Assembly (NCBI GenBank): GCA_964495755.1
Contig: CAZBXU010000004.1
Span: 1-45,446, forward strand
DNA: 45,446 nucleotides
Origin: an uncultured Spirochaetaceae bacterium
GTDB lineage: Bacteria; Spirochaetota; Spirochaetia; SZUA-6; DRHE01
Direction: 5' to 3'
The position numbers were made by a program, and so were the translations under genes. Positions 16,776-27,311 of this stretch are shown piece after piece. Position 1 is the stretch's first letter. Every line of letters begins with the position of its first letter. The notes under the pieces were generated by a model, which was not told the DNA's origin, searched no databases, and saw only the letters and a list, made by a program, of their open reading frames with translations.

Positions 16776-19083
16776 TCTTCTCGATTTCCAAAGTGTCCTG
16801 GAAGCACTGCAGGATCGCTGCCTCAGCGAAGCGGGAAGAAATGCTCTGACCGGCCAGACCATTTGCTCCGATTCTCAGGAAGTTGAGGAGCGCAAGGCCA
16901 GGGCGGTCGCGTTTCGCCGTGTGTTGGAATCGGGGAAACCCTTCCCGGCTTTCGATTTCCCCCCATTGGATACACTGCAGTCCAAGCTGTTCAAACAAGG
17001 CGCACTTTTTGAAATGGAGGAGCTCGCTTTTTTAGGCCGATTCATTGTCTCGGCCAGACGTTTATTGAAGTTCCTGCACACATCCGGAGAAGCGACCCTG
17101 ATTCCTCTTGCTGCGGCGCTGCCGGATCTAAAAGGTCTGTCAAAGGATATCTTCGCAGTCATCGACGATGAGGGCTTTTTACGGGAAACCCATATTCCTG
17201 TTTTACGGGAAATCCGCGGCAGAATACGGTCGCTGCAGCGGGATACAGAAAAGATAGCCAAATCATATCTGCACGACCCGACCTATCAAACCGTCTGGCA
17301 GGAAAATCTGCCCGCGGAAAAAAACGGCCGCATCGTACTGCCGATCAAAAGCAACTTCAAAGGCCGTATTGCGGGGATCGTCCACGATGTGTCGGCAAGC
17401 GGCTCCACTCTGTATCTCGAGCCTAACGATATCGTGGAGAAGAACAATGCAGTCATCGAGGAGGAAAACCGCTACCGCAGGGAAGTACACAGGATTCTGC
17501 GGGAGCTCAGCACCGAGGTTATCGCCTTCTCGGGAGACATAAAGAGTTTGGTCGAGGGGATTGGGCGGCTCGACAGCCTGTACGCCCGAGCTCGATACGC
17601 CGTACATAACAAATGTGCCCCAGCCCAGATCTCGGAGCGGAGGCTGGAACTGTACGACGCCCGACATCCTCTGCTGGGTAAAAATTGCGTGCCCATCTCC
17701 GTCGTCCTGGGCGGAGAGTACCGGGTGTTGATCGTTACCGGACCGAATACGGGCGGGAAAACCGTAACCTTGAAGACCATCGGATTATTGTCGGTCATGA
17801 ACCAGTTCGGAATGGAGATCCCGGCGAGGGAAGACTCCTCTCTCCCGGTATTTGACAGTATTCTTGCCGATATCGGGGATGAGCAGTCCATCGAGCAGTC
17901 CCTGTCAACCTTCTCGGCCCACATCGTGAACATCTCCCGGATTATCCGCGACTCCGGTTCCGATTCCCTGGTGCTCTTCGACGAATTGGGGGCCGGCACC
18001 GACCCGGAGGAGGGCGTGGCAATCGCGATGGGACTGCTCGATCATTTCATCGAAAAGGGCTGCCTCTGTATGGCCACGACCCATCACGGGATCCTGAAGA
18101 ACTACGGCTACTCCCGCCGGGGAGTGGAAAACGCCGCAATGGAATTCGATGTGAAGAACCTAAGCCCGACCTTTCGGATCACCCTCGGTGTACCCGGAGA
18201 AAGTCATGCCTTGGAGATCGCCCGCCGAACCGGCATTCCAGGGCACATTCTCAAATCGGCGGAGCAATACCTCAACGAAGAGCGGGGAGATGTGGCAGAG
18301 CTGATCGACAGTTTATCGAAGAAACAGCGAAAGCTTCTGGTAACGGAGAAACAGCAGCAGAGCCGGGAGGAGGAGCTGCGGGAGAAAACCCGCCAGACCG
18401 ATCTGAAGGAGCTGCGCCTGCGTCAGAAGGAGCTCGAGCTGCGGGAGCAGGGGACGCTTGAGCTGAAACGATTCCTGAAGGAAAGCAGAAAGCGGTTCGA
18501 GAGGCTGGTGGAAGAGATGGGCAGCAGCAGGAGTCCGGAGGAGCGAAAACAGACGGGGGAGTTTCTCTCCGAGCTGGCAAAGCGGATCGGGCAGCAGGAA
18601 CAGGTCCTGGAAACGGAGAGCGTCGAGCTGTACGAAGGGCGGGATATTCCCCTCGAAAAAGGGATGGAGGTCATCATCCGGGGAACCGGCAAACACGGGA
18701 TTATTGTCAGGAAAGCCAAGGCCGACAGCTGGATTGTGGCCACCGACACTCTAAGGGGAACCTTTCCCGCCCGGGACCTGCAGCCGGTGCAGCCTGCAAG
18801 AGAACCGATGCTGTCGATCAGCGAAGAGATACACAGTGCTCCCGCCTCGTTTCAGCTCGACCTCAGGGGAATGCGCCTCGGGGAAGCTCTGAAACAGGTG
18901 GAACAACAGATCGATCGGGCTTTGCTCAGCGGGATGAGTGAGTTCTCCATCGTTCACGGGATGGGGGAGGGGGTCCTGCAGCGGGGTATCCACGAATATT
19001 TGAAATCTTCCTCACAGGTCAAGGATTACTTTTTTTCCACACCGGAACAGGGCGGATTCGGCAGGACCGTGGTACGTCTCTAG
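16756..19083 (+). CDS. mutS2: MutS2 endonuclease/ATPase with Smr domain
   Basis: SASGSTLYLEP, TGPNTGGKT, DIGDEQSIEQSLSTFSAH, DELGAGTDP, LDLRG...IVHGMGEGVL; start 16756 (MDLHTL) preferred, 16729 possible. Confidence 0.96.
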   Translation: MDLHTLNLLDFQSVLEALQDRCLSEAGRNALTGQTICSDSQEVEERKARAVAFRRVLESGKPFPAFDFPPLDTLQSKLFKQGALFEMEELAFLGRFIVSARRLLKFLHTSGEATLIPLAAALPDLKGLSKDIFAVIDDEGFLRETHIPVLREIRGRIRSLQRDTEKIAKSYLHDPTYQTVWQENLPAEKNGRIVLPIKSNFKGRIAGIVHDVSASGSTLYLEPNDIVEKNNAVIEEENRYRREVHRILRELSTEVIAFSGDIKSLVEGIGRLDSLYARARYAVHNKCAPAQISERRLELYDARHPLLGKNCVPISVVLGGEYRVLIVTGPNTGGKTVTLKTIGLLSVMNQFGMEIPAREDSSLPVFDSILADIGDEQSIEQSLSTFSAHIVNISRIIRDSGSDSLVLFDELGAGTDPEEGVAIAMGLLDHFIEKGCLCMATTHHGILKNYGYSRRGVENAAMEFDVKNLSPTFRITLGVPGESHALEIARRTGIPGHILKSAEQYLNEERGDVAELIDSLSKKQRKLLVTEKQQQSREEELREKTRQTDLKELRLRQKELELREQGTLELKRFLKESRKRFERLVEEMGSSRSPEERKQTGEFLSELAKRIGQQEQVLETESVELYEGRDIPLEKGMEVIIRGTGKHGIIVRKAKADSWIVATDTLRGTFPARDLQPVQPAREPMLSISEEIHSAPASFQLDLRGMRLGEALKQVEQQIDRALLSGMSEFSIVHGMGEGVLQRGIHEYLKSSSQVKDYFFSTPEQGGFGRTVVRL

Positions 19084-19943
19084 CGGTGTTCGATCACCGC
19101 ACCCGCGGCCCGCAGCGCTGCCAGCACCTCTTGGATCGTGCTATCGGCGGTTGAGGCGCCGGCTGTCAGTGCTACCAGGGAATACTTTAGAATCTCCTCC
19201 GGGTTCAACTCTACGGCCCTGCTGAGGTGGTAGGCCGGGCCGTTGTCGGAGGCAATCGTGTAGAGCTTTCGGGTGTTGCTTGAGTTTTTTCCGCCAATTA
19301 TCAGAGAGGCGTCGGCCCGGCGGGAGAACCTCCCGATCCACCTCTGTCGGTTCACCACAAAGGGACAGAGGGTATTCGACACCGCCATTTCCAGCCCTTT
19401 TTGTTCAAACGCCCGAACGACCTCCATGAACAATTGAGGAGTGATCGTGGTCTGGGCAAACACCGCGATCTTCCGCCTATCCGCATAGCCCCGGACCTCC
19501 CCCGCCGTGCAAACAATCACTCCGGAATCACCGGCGTATCCCAAAAGTCCTATTACCTCGGGGTGGAGGGGATCTCCTACAATGACAATCCTGTACCCCT
19601 CTCTACGCTTGGCAACGATGCCCTGATGAACCCGTTTCACCCGCGGACAGGTAAAATCCGAGACCTTGCCCTGCCGCGAACGCAGCAGCCGCTCCTCCTC
19701 CGGGGGGATACCATGGGTACGAATCACCACGGTATCCCCGTCTGCCACGTCCTCCGGTCTCGCAACGCTCTGAAGTCCCTGTTCGGCCAGGGCATCGGTC
19801 ACCTCCCGGTTGTGCACCAGTTGGCCGTAGGAGACTATCCGTTCCGGCTTCCGATCGTCTGAAAGGAGCTTGCCCGTACTTCGAATAGCCCTGCGCACTC
19901 CCCCGCAGAAACCTGCATTCCGATCCACAATTACTCTTGTCAT
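19080..19943 (-). CDS. ispH: 4-hydroxy-3-methylbut-2-enyl diphosphate reductase
   Basis: GFCGGVRRA, LVHN, RTHG, TCPRV, HPEV, QTT, SSNT, TAGAST. Confidence 0.94.
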   Translation of the reverse strand: MTRVIVDRNAGFCGGVRRAIRSTGKLLSDDRKPERIVSYGQLVHNREVTDALAEQGLQSVARPEDVADGDTVVIRTHGIPPEEERLLRSRQGKVSDFTCPRVKRVHQGIVAKRREGYRIVIVGDPLHPEVIGLLGYAGDSGVIVCTAGEVRGYADRRKIAVFAQTTITPQLFMEVVRAFEQKGLEMAVSNTLCPFVVNRQRWIGRFSRRADASLIIGGKNSSNTRKLYTIASDNGPAYHLSRAVELNPEEILKYSLVALTAGASTADSTIQEVLAALRAAGAVIEHR

Positions 19944-19988
19944 TGTACTTTGCGGCCAGTATTATAATGTCTTGGTACGTCTAGGTCT

Positions 19989-20165
19989 ATGAGTCCCCTG
20001 TTCTTACTCAAAGTTCTGACCCGATGGGAAATCCTCGCCGTTTCCGGGGCCTGTATGATTCTGATTCCACTGGTTTCCCACCTCTCCTCTCTGCGCCCAC
20101 GTCGCAGGCGTATCGAATTCACGCCTCCGGCGGAAAAAGTTCTCATGGAAACCCCAAATGAATAG
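19989..20165 (+). CDS. 58-aa single-TM small protein upstream of uvrA (not in ORF track)
   Basis: [58 protein letters not shown]; fills the gap between TATAAT (~19963) and uvrA; TM helix followed by Arg cluster. Confidence 0.6.
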   Translation: MSPLFLLKVLTRWEILAVSGACMILIPLVSHLSSLRPRRRRIEFTPPAEKVLMETPNE

Positions 20166-20179
20166 GGGACGGCTACAGC

Positions 20180-23005
20180 GTGAAGAGCATCACAATTAGA
20201 GGAGCCCGGGAGCACAATCTCAAAAACATAGATCTCGAACTTCCCCGCGATTCATTTATCGTGGTATCCGGGATCAGCGGATCGGGCAAGTCTTCCCTTG
20301 CCTTCGATACGATCTTCGCCGAAGGACAGCGCCGGTACGTGGAATCCCTGTCCGCCTACGCCCGCCAGTTCCTCGGCCGCCTGGACAAGCCCGATCTGGA
20401 CTACATCGAAGGACTGTCTCCGGCCATTGCGATCGAGCAGAAAAGCACTCCCCGAAACCCACGCTCCACCGTCGGAACGGTAACCGAGATCTACGACTAC
20501 CTCCGCCTGCTGTACGCACGGATCGGGACACCCCACTGCCCCCAATGCGGCCGAGAGATCAAAGAGCAATCGGTGGACCAGATTGTCGACGCCCTGCTCG
20601 CTGTGCCCGAGCAAACCCGCATCGTAGTGATGGCGCCGGTTATTCGGGGCAGGAAAGGAGAGCACCGGAAAATCATCGAGGATGCGCGCCGGGCGGGGTT
20701 CGTACGGATCCGCGTGGATGGAACGATCCGCTCTCTGGACGAGACAATCACGCCGGATAAGAAAAAAAAGCACAATATCGAAATCGTTGTCGATCGTCTG
20801 GTCATCAAAGAGGGAGTGGCCAAGAGACTTGCCGACTCTGTGGAGACGGCCCTGGAGGTTGCTTCGGGACAGTTGATCGTGTCCATAAAAACTGAAAATG
20901 TGCAGCGGGAAGAACTGTACTCCCAGTCTCTGGCCTGTCCGGTATGCGGAATCAGTGTTCCGGAGCTTCAGCCTCGGCTGTTCTCCTTCAACAGCCCCTT
21001 TGGTGCCTGCCCGGAGTGCTCCGGACTGGGTGTGACCCTGGAGCTCGATCCGCAGTTGGTGATTCCCGACAAGAGCCTGTCGATCAAACAGGGAGCCATC
21101 GCCACACATAATCCCAGGGCTAATTGGCATCGCAGCATCTTCGAATCCCTGGCCCGGCACTACGGCTTCGATCTGGATACGCCCCTGGAGGAGTTTTCCC
21201 CGGAATCTCTTGATATTCTGCTGTACGGCAGCAAAGAACAGATCCGATTCAAATATGAAAACCCGCAGAGGGAGGGGCTGTGGGAGTACACGTCGAACTT
21301 CAGGGGTGTGTTGAATGAACTTCGAAGGCGCTACCTGGAAACCTCGTCGGAAGGCGTGAAAGAGTGGCTCGAGGGCTACATGAGCCGGCGGCAATGCCCC
21401 AAATGCAAGGGCAAGCGCCTGCGCCCTGAAAGTTTGGCCGTAACCGTGGGTGGCAGGGATATCCATCAGATCACCACATTGAGTGTTCGGGCCGCCCAGG
21501 AATTCTTAAGCAACCTGAAACTCACCCGGAATCAGCAGACCATCGCCCGGCAGGTTCTCAAGGAGATATCTTCCCGATTGAAGTTTATGACCGACGTGGG
21601 TTTGGATTACCTGACCCTGGAGCGGCAGGCATCGACACTTTCCGGCGGTGAGGCTCAGAGAATCCGCCTGGCCACGCAGATCGGCTCCTCTCTGGTCGGG
21701 GTGCTGTACATCCTGGACGAACCGACGATCGGACTGCACCAGCGGGATAACCGTCGCCTTCTCGACACATTGCTACAGCTTCGGGACCTGGGAAACACCC
21801 TTATTGTGGTGGAGCACGACGAACAGACCCTCCGTGCGGCGGATTACATCGTTGACCTCGGCCCCGGCGCCGGTGTGCACGGCGGCCGGATCGTGTTCGC
21901 CGGACGCTATCAGGATATTCTACAACACGAAAAATCTCTGACCGGCAAGTTCCTGTCGGGCAGGTTGAAGATCGAATCCCCCGATCGGCGCAGAGAGGAC
22001 AGCGGGAAAGCCATTACCCTGATCGGGGCGGCGGAGCACAATTTGAAAGATATAACCGTATCCTTTCCCCTAGGGTTGCTGACCGTGATCACAGGTGTTT
22101 CCGGGTCGGGGAAATCCAGCCTGCTAACCGATCTACTGTATCCGGTTTTGGCCAACCGGACAAATCGAGCCCATCTTGCCGAGGGCAGCTACGCTTCGGT
22201 GGAGGGTGTGGAGGAGATCGACAAGGTCATCAACATCGATCAAAGCCCTATCGGCAGAACTCCCAGATCCAATCCCGCCACCTATATCGGCGTGTTTACA
22301 CCGATTCGGGAGCTATTCGCCACCCTGCCCGCATCCAAAGCGATGGGGTACAAACCCGGACGGTTCTCCTTCAACGTCAAGAGCGGACGCTGCGAGAATT
22401 GTCAGGGCGCCGGTACGATCAAAATCGAGATGCACTTTCTCCCCGATGTGTATATCACCTGTGATGTTTGTAAAGGCAAACGTTTCAACCGGGAGACCCT
22501 CGAAATCCTCTACAAAGGGAAAAATATCGACGATGTCCTCGACATGACCGTGGAAGAGGCCTACGCTTTTTTCAGGAAAATACCGGTGATCGAACGGAAA
22601 CTGAAAATGCTGATCCAGGTCGGTCTGGGCTACATCCAATTGGGTCAATCGGCGATAACCCTCTCCGGGGGCGAAGCTCAGAGGGTAAAACTGTCCCTCG
22701 AGCTTTCCAGACGAAGCACCGGCCGCACCTTCTACATCCTGGACGAGCCGACCACGGGGCTGCATTTCGCCGATGTGAAACAGCTGTTAGAAGTTCTTAA
22801 TCGCCTGGTTGATAATGGGAATACGGTGGTGCTGATCGAGCATAATCTGGATGTCATCAAGCAGGCGGACCACGTGATCGATCTCGGCCCGGAGGGAGGC
22901 GATAGAGGAGGACAGATCATCGCCACCGGTCCCCCCGAGGCCATCGTGCGATGTCGGGCTTCCCACACGGGAAGGTATCTGAAATCGGTGATCGGGGCGG
23001 CATGA
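20180..23005 (+). CDS. uvrA: excinuclease ABC subunit A
   Basis: [33 protein letters not shown], zinc fingers, two LSGGEAQR signatures. Confidence 0.98.
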   Translation: MKSITIRGAREHNLKNIDLELPRDSFIVVSGISGSGKSSLAFDTIFAEGQRRYVESLSAYARQFLGRLDKPDLDYIEGLSPAIAIEQKSTPRNPRSTVGTVTEIYDYLRLLYARIGTPHCPQCGREIKEQSVDQIVDALLAVPEQTRIVVMAPVIRGRKGEHRKIIEDARRAGFVRIRVDGTIRSLDETITPDKKKKHNIEIVVDRLVIKEGVAKRLADSVETALEVASGQLIVSIKTENVQREELYSQSLACPVCGISVPELQPRLFSFNSPFGACPECSGLGVTLELDPQLVIPDKSLSIKQGAIATHNPRANWHRSIFESLARHYGFDLDTPLEEFSPESLDILLYGSKEQIRFKYENPQREGLWEYTSNFRGVLNELRRRYLETSSEGVKEWLEGYMSRRQCPKCKGKRLRPESLAVTVGGRDIHQITTLSVRAAQEFLSNLKLTRNQQTIARQVLKEISSRLKFMTDVGLDYLTLERQASTLSGGEAQRIRLATQIGSSLVGVLYILDEPTIGLHQRDNRRLLDTLLQLRDLGNTLIVVEHDEQTLRAADYIVDLGPGAGVHGGRIVFAGRYQDILQHEKSLTGKFLSGRLKIESPDRRREDSGKAITLIGAAEHNLKDITVSFPLGLLTVITGVSGSGKSSLLTDLLYPVLANRTNRAHLAEGSYASVEGVEEIDKVINIDQSPIGRTPRSNPATYIGVFTPIRELFATLPASKAMGYKPGRFSFNVKSGRCENCQGAGTIKIEMHFLPDVYITCDVCKGKRFNRETLEILYKGKNIDDVLDMTVEEAYAFFRKIPVIERKLKMLIQVGLGYIQLGQSAITLSGGEAQRVKLSLELSRRSTGRTFYILDEPTTGLHFADVKQLLEVLNRLVDNGNTVVLIEHNLDVIKQADHVIDLGPEGGDRGGQIIATGPPEAIVRCRASHTGRYLKSVIGAA

Positions 23006-26000
23006 TTCGAGCCTACTTCCACCTCTTTGCGGTGATCTTCCTGGTTGCCGCGGTTCTGCTTCCTGCCCAGGAACAGTCCGGGAGCATGGAAACAGCACCC
23101 GAGGCAGGCGCGAATCTGATCGAAGAGACTCTGGGAAGTGACATCGATACCGCCGGTTACTATGAGCTTGTTGCCTGGTGCAGAGACCTCGGCTTGAATG
23201 ACGCAGGGACCCGTCAATCTCTGCAGAAGCGGCTGTACGCCTACTACAAGATCTCCCCCCCTGGCGAAGTGCAGGAGGAGGGGAAGAAGCGGCTGCTGGA
23301 AATCAAGTCAGCGAAGGAGACCCAATACTTCACGATCGAGGAAATCGATGAAGACTACGTGCTGCTCCTCGGCGACGTCCTGGTCGAGATACAGGAGGAG
23401 GAGGCGACCCACCGTATCCGGGCGCACCAGATCCTTCTCAACCAAACGGAGAACATCCTCAGCGCCGAGGGTGGAATCGAATACACCCTGATCAAGGGAA
23501 ACGAAGAAGAGGTGTTTCGGGGCGAGCGGCTGACCTTCGACGTGGACAGTTGGGAAGGGGTATTCTTCGGTGGCGGCATGGAGGCGGATCGAGTGGTCGG
23601 CGGTGAAACGATCAAGTTCCGCTTTTTCGGCCAGTCCATCTCACGGCTGGACAACAACACCGTGGTTATGGATCGGGGAAGGATCACCTCCTGCGACATC
23701 ACCGACGATCCCCACTACCATATACGGGCTCGGAAGATCTGGATTCTGGCCCCGAATGAATGGGCGATTCTGCACGCGGTTCTCTACGTAGGCAACATCC
23801 CCCTGTTGTACCTGCCCTTCTTCTTTCACCCGGGAGAGGAGTTCTTTTTCCATCCGGCCATCGGCTACCGCGATAGAGAGGGGAATTTCATACAGACCAC
23901 GATCTACCTGATCGGACAGAAGAAGCGCAGCTCTAGCCCCCTGTCCTTTCTGGCGGCCACCGAGCAGAGCTCCACCCAATACGAAGTAGAGCGCCGCGGT
24001 CTGTTCCTTCGTCAGCTCGGGGACAAACCCATCCAGTTGGATGAGAACCGCTTCCTCAAATTGATGTTCGACATTTACTCCCGGCTGGGAGGATTCGCCG
24101 GTATCGAGGGGAGTTTTCCCCCGAAAATCGATTTTAAGGGAGGGATCGGGATCAGCCGGACGATAACCTTCAGTGAGATCGAATCGGGACGATGGGCCTA
24201 CACTCCTCTGATCGACGACGGCGACGGATATCGCTCCTCCTGGAACGAATCCTACCTCTTCGGGTTTCCCCTGCCGCTACGCTTCGGATTGGAGAGCAGC
24301 TGGAGCCTTGGCAGCGGCGGGTATCGTTTTTCCGGCAAATTCGAATACTTCTCGGACCCATTCTTTTCCAGTGATTTTTACAATCGGGCCGAAGACACCG
24401 GATTGACCCGCCTGATCGGCGTCGAACCGATCGTGGAAACAACGGGAGAGGGTGAAAAGCGAAACCTTACCTGGGAGCTGAGCGGACAGGCCGATTTTTC
24501 CGGAAATATCGACACACCCCTGATCAAGACACTCTCTTTTCCCTATATCAAAGCCAACCTCTACTGGCAGAGTCGGGAAAACAATCAGCTTGTGGCCCCG
24601 GATGCTACCTATGCTCCCTCGCGGCTGTTCTACTATCCGGTAAGCTTGAAGCTGCCCAGCGCCTCCTTCCAGATGCTCGGCGATCTATTGGATATTACCC
24701 GCCCCTCTGTGGAAAAAGCGGGGAAATCCGAAAGAAGAGCCGTGCCAACGGAGCTCCGTTTTCCCGACGGGTTCGAGGCTGATCACCTGCCAAAAGGGAC
24801 GGCGGAACGCGGGGCGTCTCCCCTGCGCCCGCCCGAGCCTCAGGCGAATGTTCCGGTCTCGCTTCCGAAAACCCCGCTGCAGTTTCGTTTGTCCTACCAG
24901 GTGCGGCCCAGTATGACCGTAGAACAGAGCTTCAATGCAGATAATTGGCAGGAACCGGAAGATGTCACCTACGACCTGAAATATACGAGCCTGGACACCT
25001 CGGGCATCTCCAGCCTGGATTACTCGTTGAGGATATTGGAGAACGTTCTCTCCTTGAGCGGAAACCTCGCCTTGACCGGCTACTATCGCAGCCGATATCG
25101 CCAGTCATTCCCGACAGGAACCGAATGGGACAACCTGGTTGTAGGAGATCAGCAGTACTCCCAACTGAATGTAAAATCGACCCTCGGTCTGGACTACTTC
25201 CCCCTGGCCGATGACCCCATCTTCGGCGGCACCAGCCTGAACTACGATCTCAGCTGGATTCTCTTTCACTATATCCGCGACCCCGCCTCTTCGATAGACG
25301 ATCCGCTGTACTACGTGCCCCCGCCCGAGTGGAGTCCGGACACTGTAGGTCTGCATAGCGCCCAGGCGGCTCTGAAATGGCGCATGTTTGATGCCGAAAA
25401 CACCTTGTCCCTAGCCGCCCAGCTCCCCCCGCGTGAGGGCAGCCTAACCGGAAACCTGGTGTTCACGGTCTGGCTCCTTACCACGACGGTGAACTCGGTG
25501 TTCAAGGAGGACAGCGGCGGCTGGGAGTTCCAGCCCCTCGTGGCGCGGGAAACCCTTCGCCTGGGAGAAAGCGTAAACTTAAGCGAAGAGCTGCGTTTCG
25601 ACCTCTACAGCGCTGCAGGCAGCGGCTTACTAACCAAGAGCCTGACTTCGCTTAATCTGTGGAACCTCTACGGCTCTTTCAGCGCCGAGCGAATGATCCC
25701 GAAAGATTTCAACTTCGTAACGGGAGTATGGGATCCTGTGGGCACGAAGGAGTATTTCCTTCCCTCCTACATCACCCTGGGATACAATCTGGCCGGCAGA
25801 GAACGATACTACTGGAAAAACCGCATACGGATCAAAACATCCCTCAATACCTCTTGGTCGATGAATGTCGAGCAATTCACCGACAACAGCCTCGATTTCT
25901 CTCTGACTTTCAGTTTCTTTCTGTACAAATTTCTGGAGTTGTCCGTAACCACCTCCTCCTACAACAACCGGACCTTCCAGTACTTTCCGAGGCTGGCTGC

Positions 26001-26307
26001 TGAACTCGTACAGCCGCTTGTGAATCCTATCGATGATCTGTTGAAATCCTTCAACTTCTTCAATACAGCGGACAGGGAGGAATCCGCTTTCAACCTGCGC
26101 AGCATCAACGTAAAAGCTGTGCACTACCTGCATGACTGGAACCTGACTCTTAACTACGAAGGCAAACCGATCCTGAATGAAGAAGCCCTACCCAATCCCC
26201 GATACGAGTGGGGAAACACCTTTTCAATCATCCTGCAGTGGCTTCCGATTCCCGAAGTTCGAAGCACGATCCGAGGGGAGGAGGGAACGCTCTATTTGCG
26301 GGGTTGA
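23002..26307 (+). CDS. spirochaetal LptD-like outer-membrane protein
   Basis: signal peptide from ATG 23002 (4-nt overlap with uvrA); ITSC...[12 protein letters not shown]...[16 protein letters not shown] LptD N-region motif; aromatic beta-rich C-terminus. Confidence 0.8.
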   Translation: MIRAYFHLFAVIFLVAAVLLPAQEQSGSMETAPEAGANLIEETLGSDIDTAGYYELVAWCRDLGLNDAGTRQSLQKRLYAYYKISPPGEVQEEGKKRLLEIKSAKETQYFTIEEIDEDYVLLLGDVLVEIQEEEATHRIRAHQILLNQTENILSAEGGIEYTLIKGNEEEVFRGERLTFDVDSWEGVFFGGGMEADRVVGGETIKFRFFGQSISRLDNNTVVMDRGRITSCDITDDPHYHIRARKIWILAPNEWAILHAVLYVGNIPLLYLPFFFHPGEEFFFHPAIGYRDREGNFIQTTIYLIGQKKRSSSPLSFLAATEQSSTQYEVERRGLFLRQLGDKPIQLDENRFLKLMFDIYSRLGGFAGIEGSFPPKIDFKGGIGISRTITFSEIESGRWAYTPLIDDGDGYRSSWNESYLFGFPLPLRFGLESSWSLGSGGYRFSGKFEYFSDPFFSSDFYNRAEDTGLTRLIGVEPIVETTGEGEKRNLTWELSGQADFSGNIDTPLIKTLSFPYIKANLYWQSRENNQLVAPDATYAPSRLFYYPVSLKLPSASFQMLGDLLDITRPSVEKAGKSERRAVPTELRFPDGFEADHLPKGTAERGASPLRPPEPQANVPVSLPKTPLQFRLSYQVRPSMTVEQSFNADNWQEPEDVTYDLKYTSLDTSGISSLDYSLRILENVLSLSGNLALTGYYRSRYRQSFPTGTEWDNLVVGDQQYSQLNVKSTLGLDYFPLADDPIFGGTSLNYDLSWILFHYIRDPASSIDDPLYYVPPPEWSPDTVGLHSAQAALKWRMFDAENTLSLAAQLPPREGSLTGNLVFTVWLLTTTVNSVFKEDSGGWEFQPLVARETLRLGESVNLSEELRFDLYSAAGSGLLTKSLTSLNLWNLYGSFSAERMIPKDFNFVTGVWDPVGTKEYFLPSYITLGYNLAGRERYYWKNRIRIKTSLNTSWSMNVEQFTDNSLDFSLTFSFFLYKFLELSVTTSSYNNRTFQYFPRLAAELVQPLVNPIDDLLKSFNFFNTADREESAFNLRSINVKAVHYLHDWNLTLNYEGKPILNEEALPNPRYEWGNTFSIILQWLPIPEVRSTIRGEEGTLYLRG

Positions 26308-26333
26308 CTCCTGTAGTATGCCGGAGGTACATT
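26304..26333 (+). promoter_or_regulatory. sigma70-type promoter of phoH operon
   Basis: TTGACT-18-TACATT. Confidence 0.5.
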
Positions 26334-26351
26334 CAAGCGTATAGGAATACT

Positions 26352-27311
26352 ATGGGTAAACACCTGGCGGTGGTCCTCAAGAACCCGGAGAGGATCCAGG
26401 AACTGTTTGGGGCCAACGACGGTAACCTGTCCGTTTTCGAAGACCTTCTGGGCGTCCGCCTCTACTTCCAAGGAAATCAGGTATATCTAGACTCGAACGA
26501 TGAGGATAAGCGAATACTCTTCGAGCGAATCCTCGGCGAGCTGGAGGACCATATTTCCCTCGGCCAGATACCGGGGCCGGATTTAATTCGGGCCGTGTAC
26601 AGAACGCTGAACACCGACAAAGATGAAGGCGCCGAGCTGCTAAAAGACACCTGCGTGATCATTCCGGGTGGATTGAAAAAGGTGTTTGCCCGCAGCTATC
26701 GGCAGGCCCTGTATCTGAAGGCCATCGAGACAAATGACCTGGTTTTCTCGATCGGCCCGGCAGGGACGGGGAAGACCTATTTGGCGGTAGCCCAAGCCCT
26801 AAAAAGTGTACTCTCCCGCAGCAGGCGAAAACTCATTCTCACCCGGCCGGTGGTTGAAGCGGGAGAGAATTTGGGCTTTCTTCCGGGTGACCTGGAACAA
26901 AAGATCAGCCCGTACCTGCGTCCCCTATACGACGCCATGGAGGCATTTATCCCCCCCGAAGCGCTGCGCCGGCTCGAGGGAAACCGTATCATCGAAATAG
27001 CTCCTCTTGCCTATATGCGGGGGCGAACACTGTCGGAGTGCTTCATCATCCTGGACGAGGCGCAGAACACGTCGAAGGAGCAGATGAAGATGTTCCTGAC
27101 CCGGTTGGGGGAGGGAACTCAGACCGTGGTCACCGGCGACATCACCCAGATCGATCTACCGAAACGCAAGCTTTCCGGCCTTCTCGACGTGATATCCATT
27201 CTCAAGCCCATCCGGGAGATCGAATTCGTGTTTCTCGGGGAAGAGGACGTGGTTCGAAATCCCCTGGTCCGCAAGATAGTGCGCGCGTATGAAGCAAACC
27301 AAGAAGACTAG
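26352..27311 (+). CDS. phoH: PhoH-family ATPase (YbeZ-like)
   Basis: GPAGTGKTYLA, LTRPVVEAGENLGFLPGDL, LAYMRGRTL, LDEAQN, GDITQIDL; start ATG 26352. Confidence 0.94.
   Translation: MGKHLAVVLKNPERIQELFGANDGNLSVFEDLLGVRLYFQGNQVYLDSNDEDKRILFERILGELEDHISLGQIPGPDLIRAVYRTLNTDKDEGAELLKDTCVIIPGGLKKVFARSYRQALYLKAIETNDLVFSIGPAGTGKTYLAVAQALKSVLSRSRRKLILTRPVVEAGENLGFLPGDLEQKISPYLRPLYDAMEAFIPPEALRRLEGNRIIEIAPLAYMRGRTLSECFIILDEAQNTSKEQMKMFLTRLGEGTQTVVTGDITQIDLPKRKLSGLLDVISILKPIREIEFVFLGEEDVVRNPLVRKIVRAYEANQED

Noticed and set aside
20252-21466. 404-aa minus-strand ORF
   Set aside because: Antisense to uvrA; codon-bias artefact
26208-26365. MGKHL occurring twice at the start of the long phoH ORF
   Set aside because: The first copy lies inside the LptD-like CDS in another frame and upstream of the phoH promoter; a short chance match
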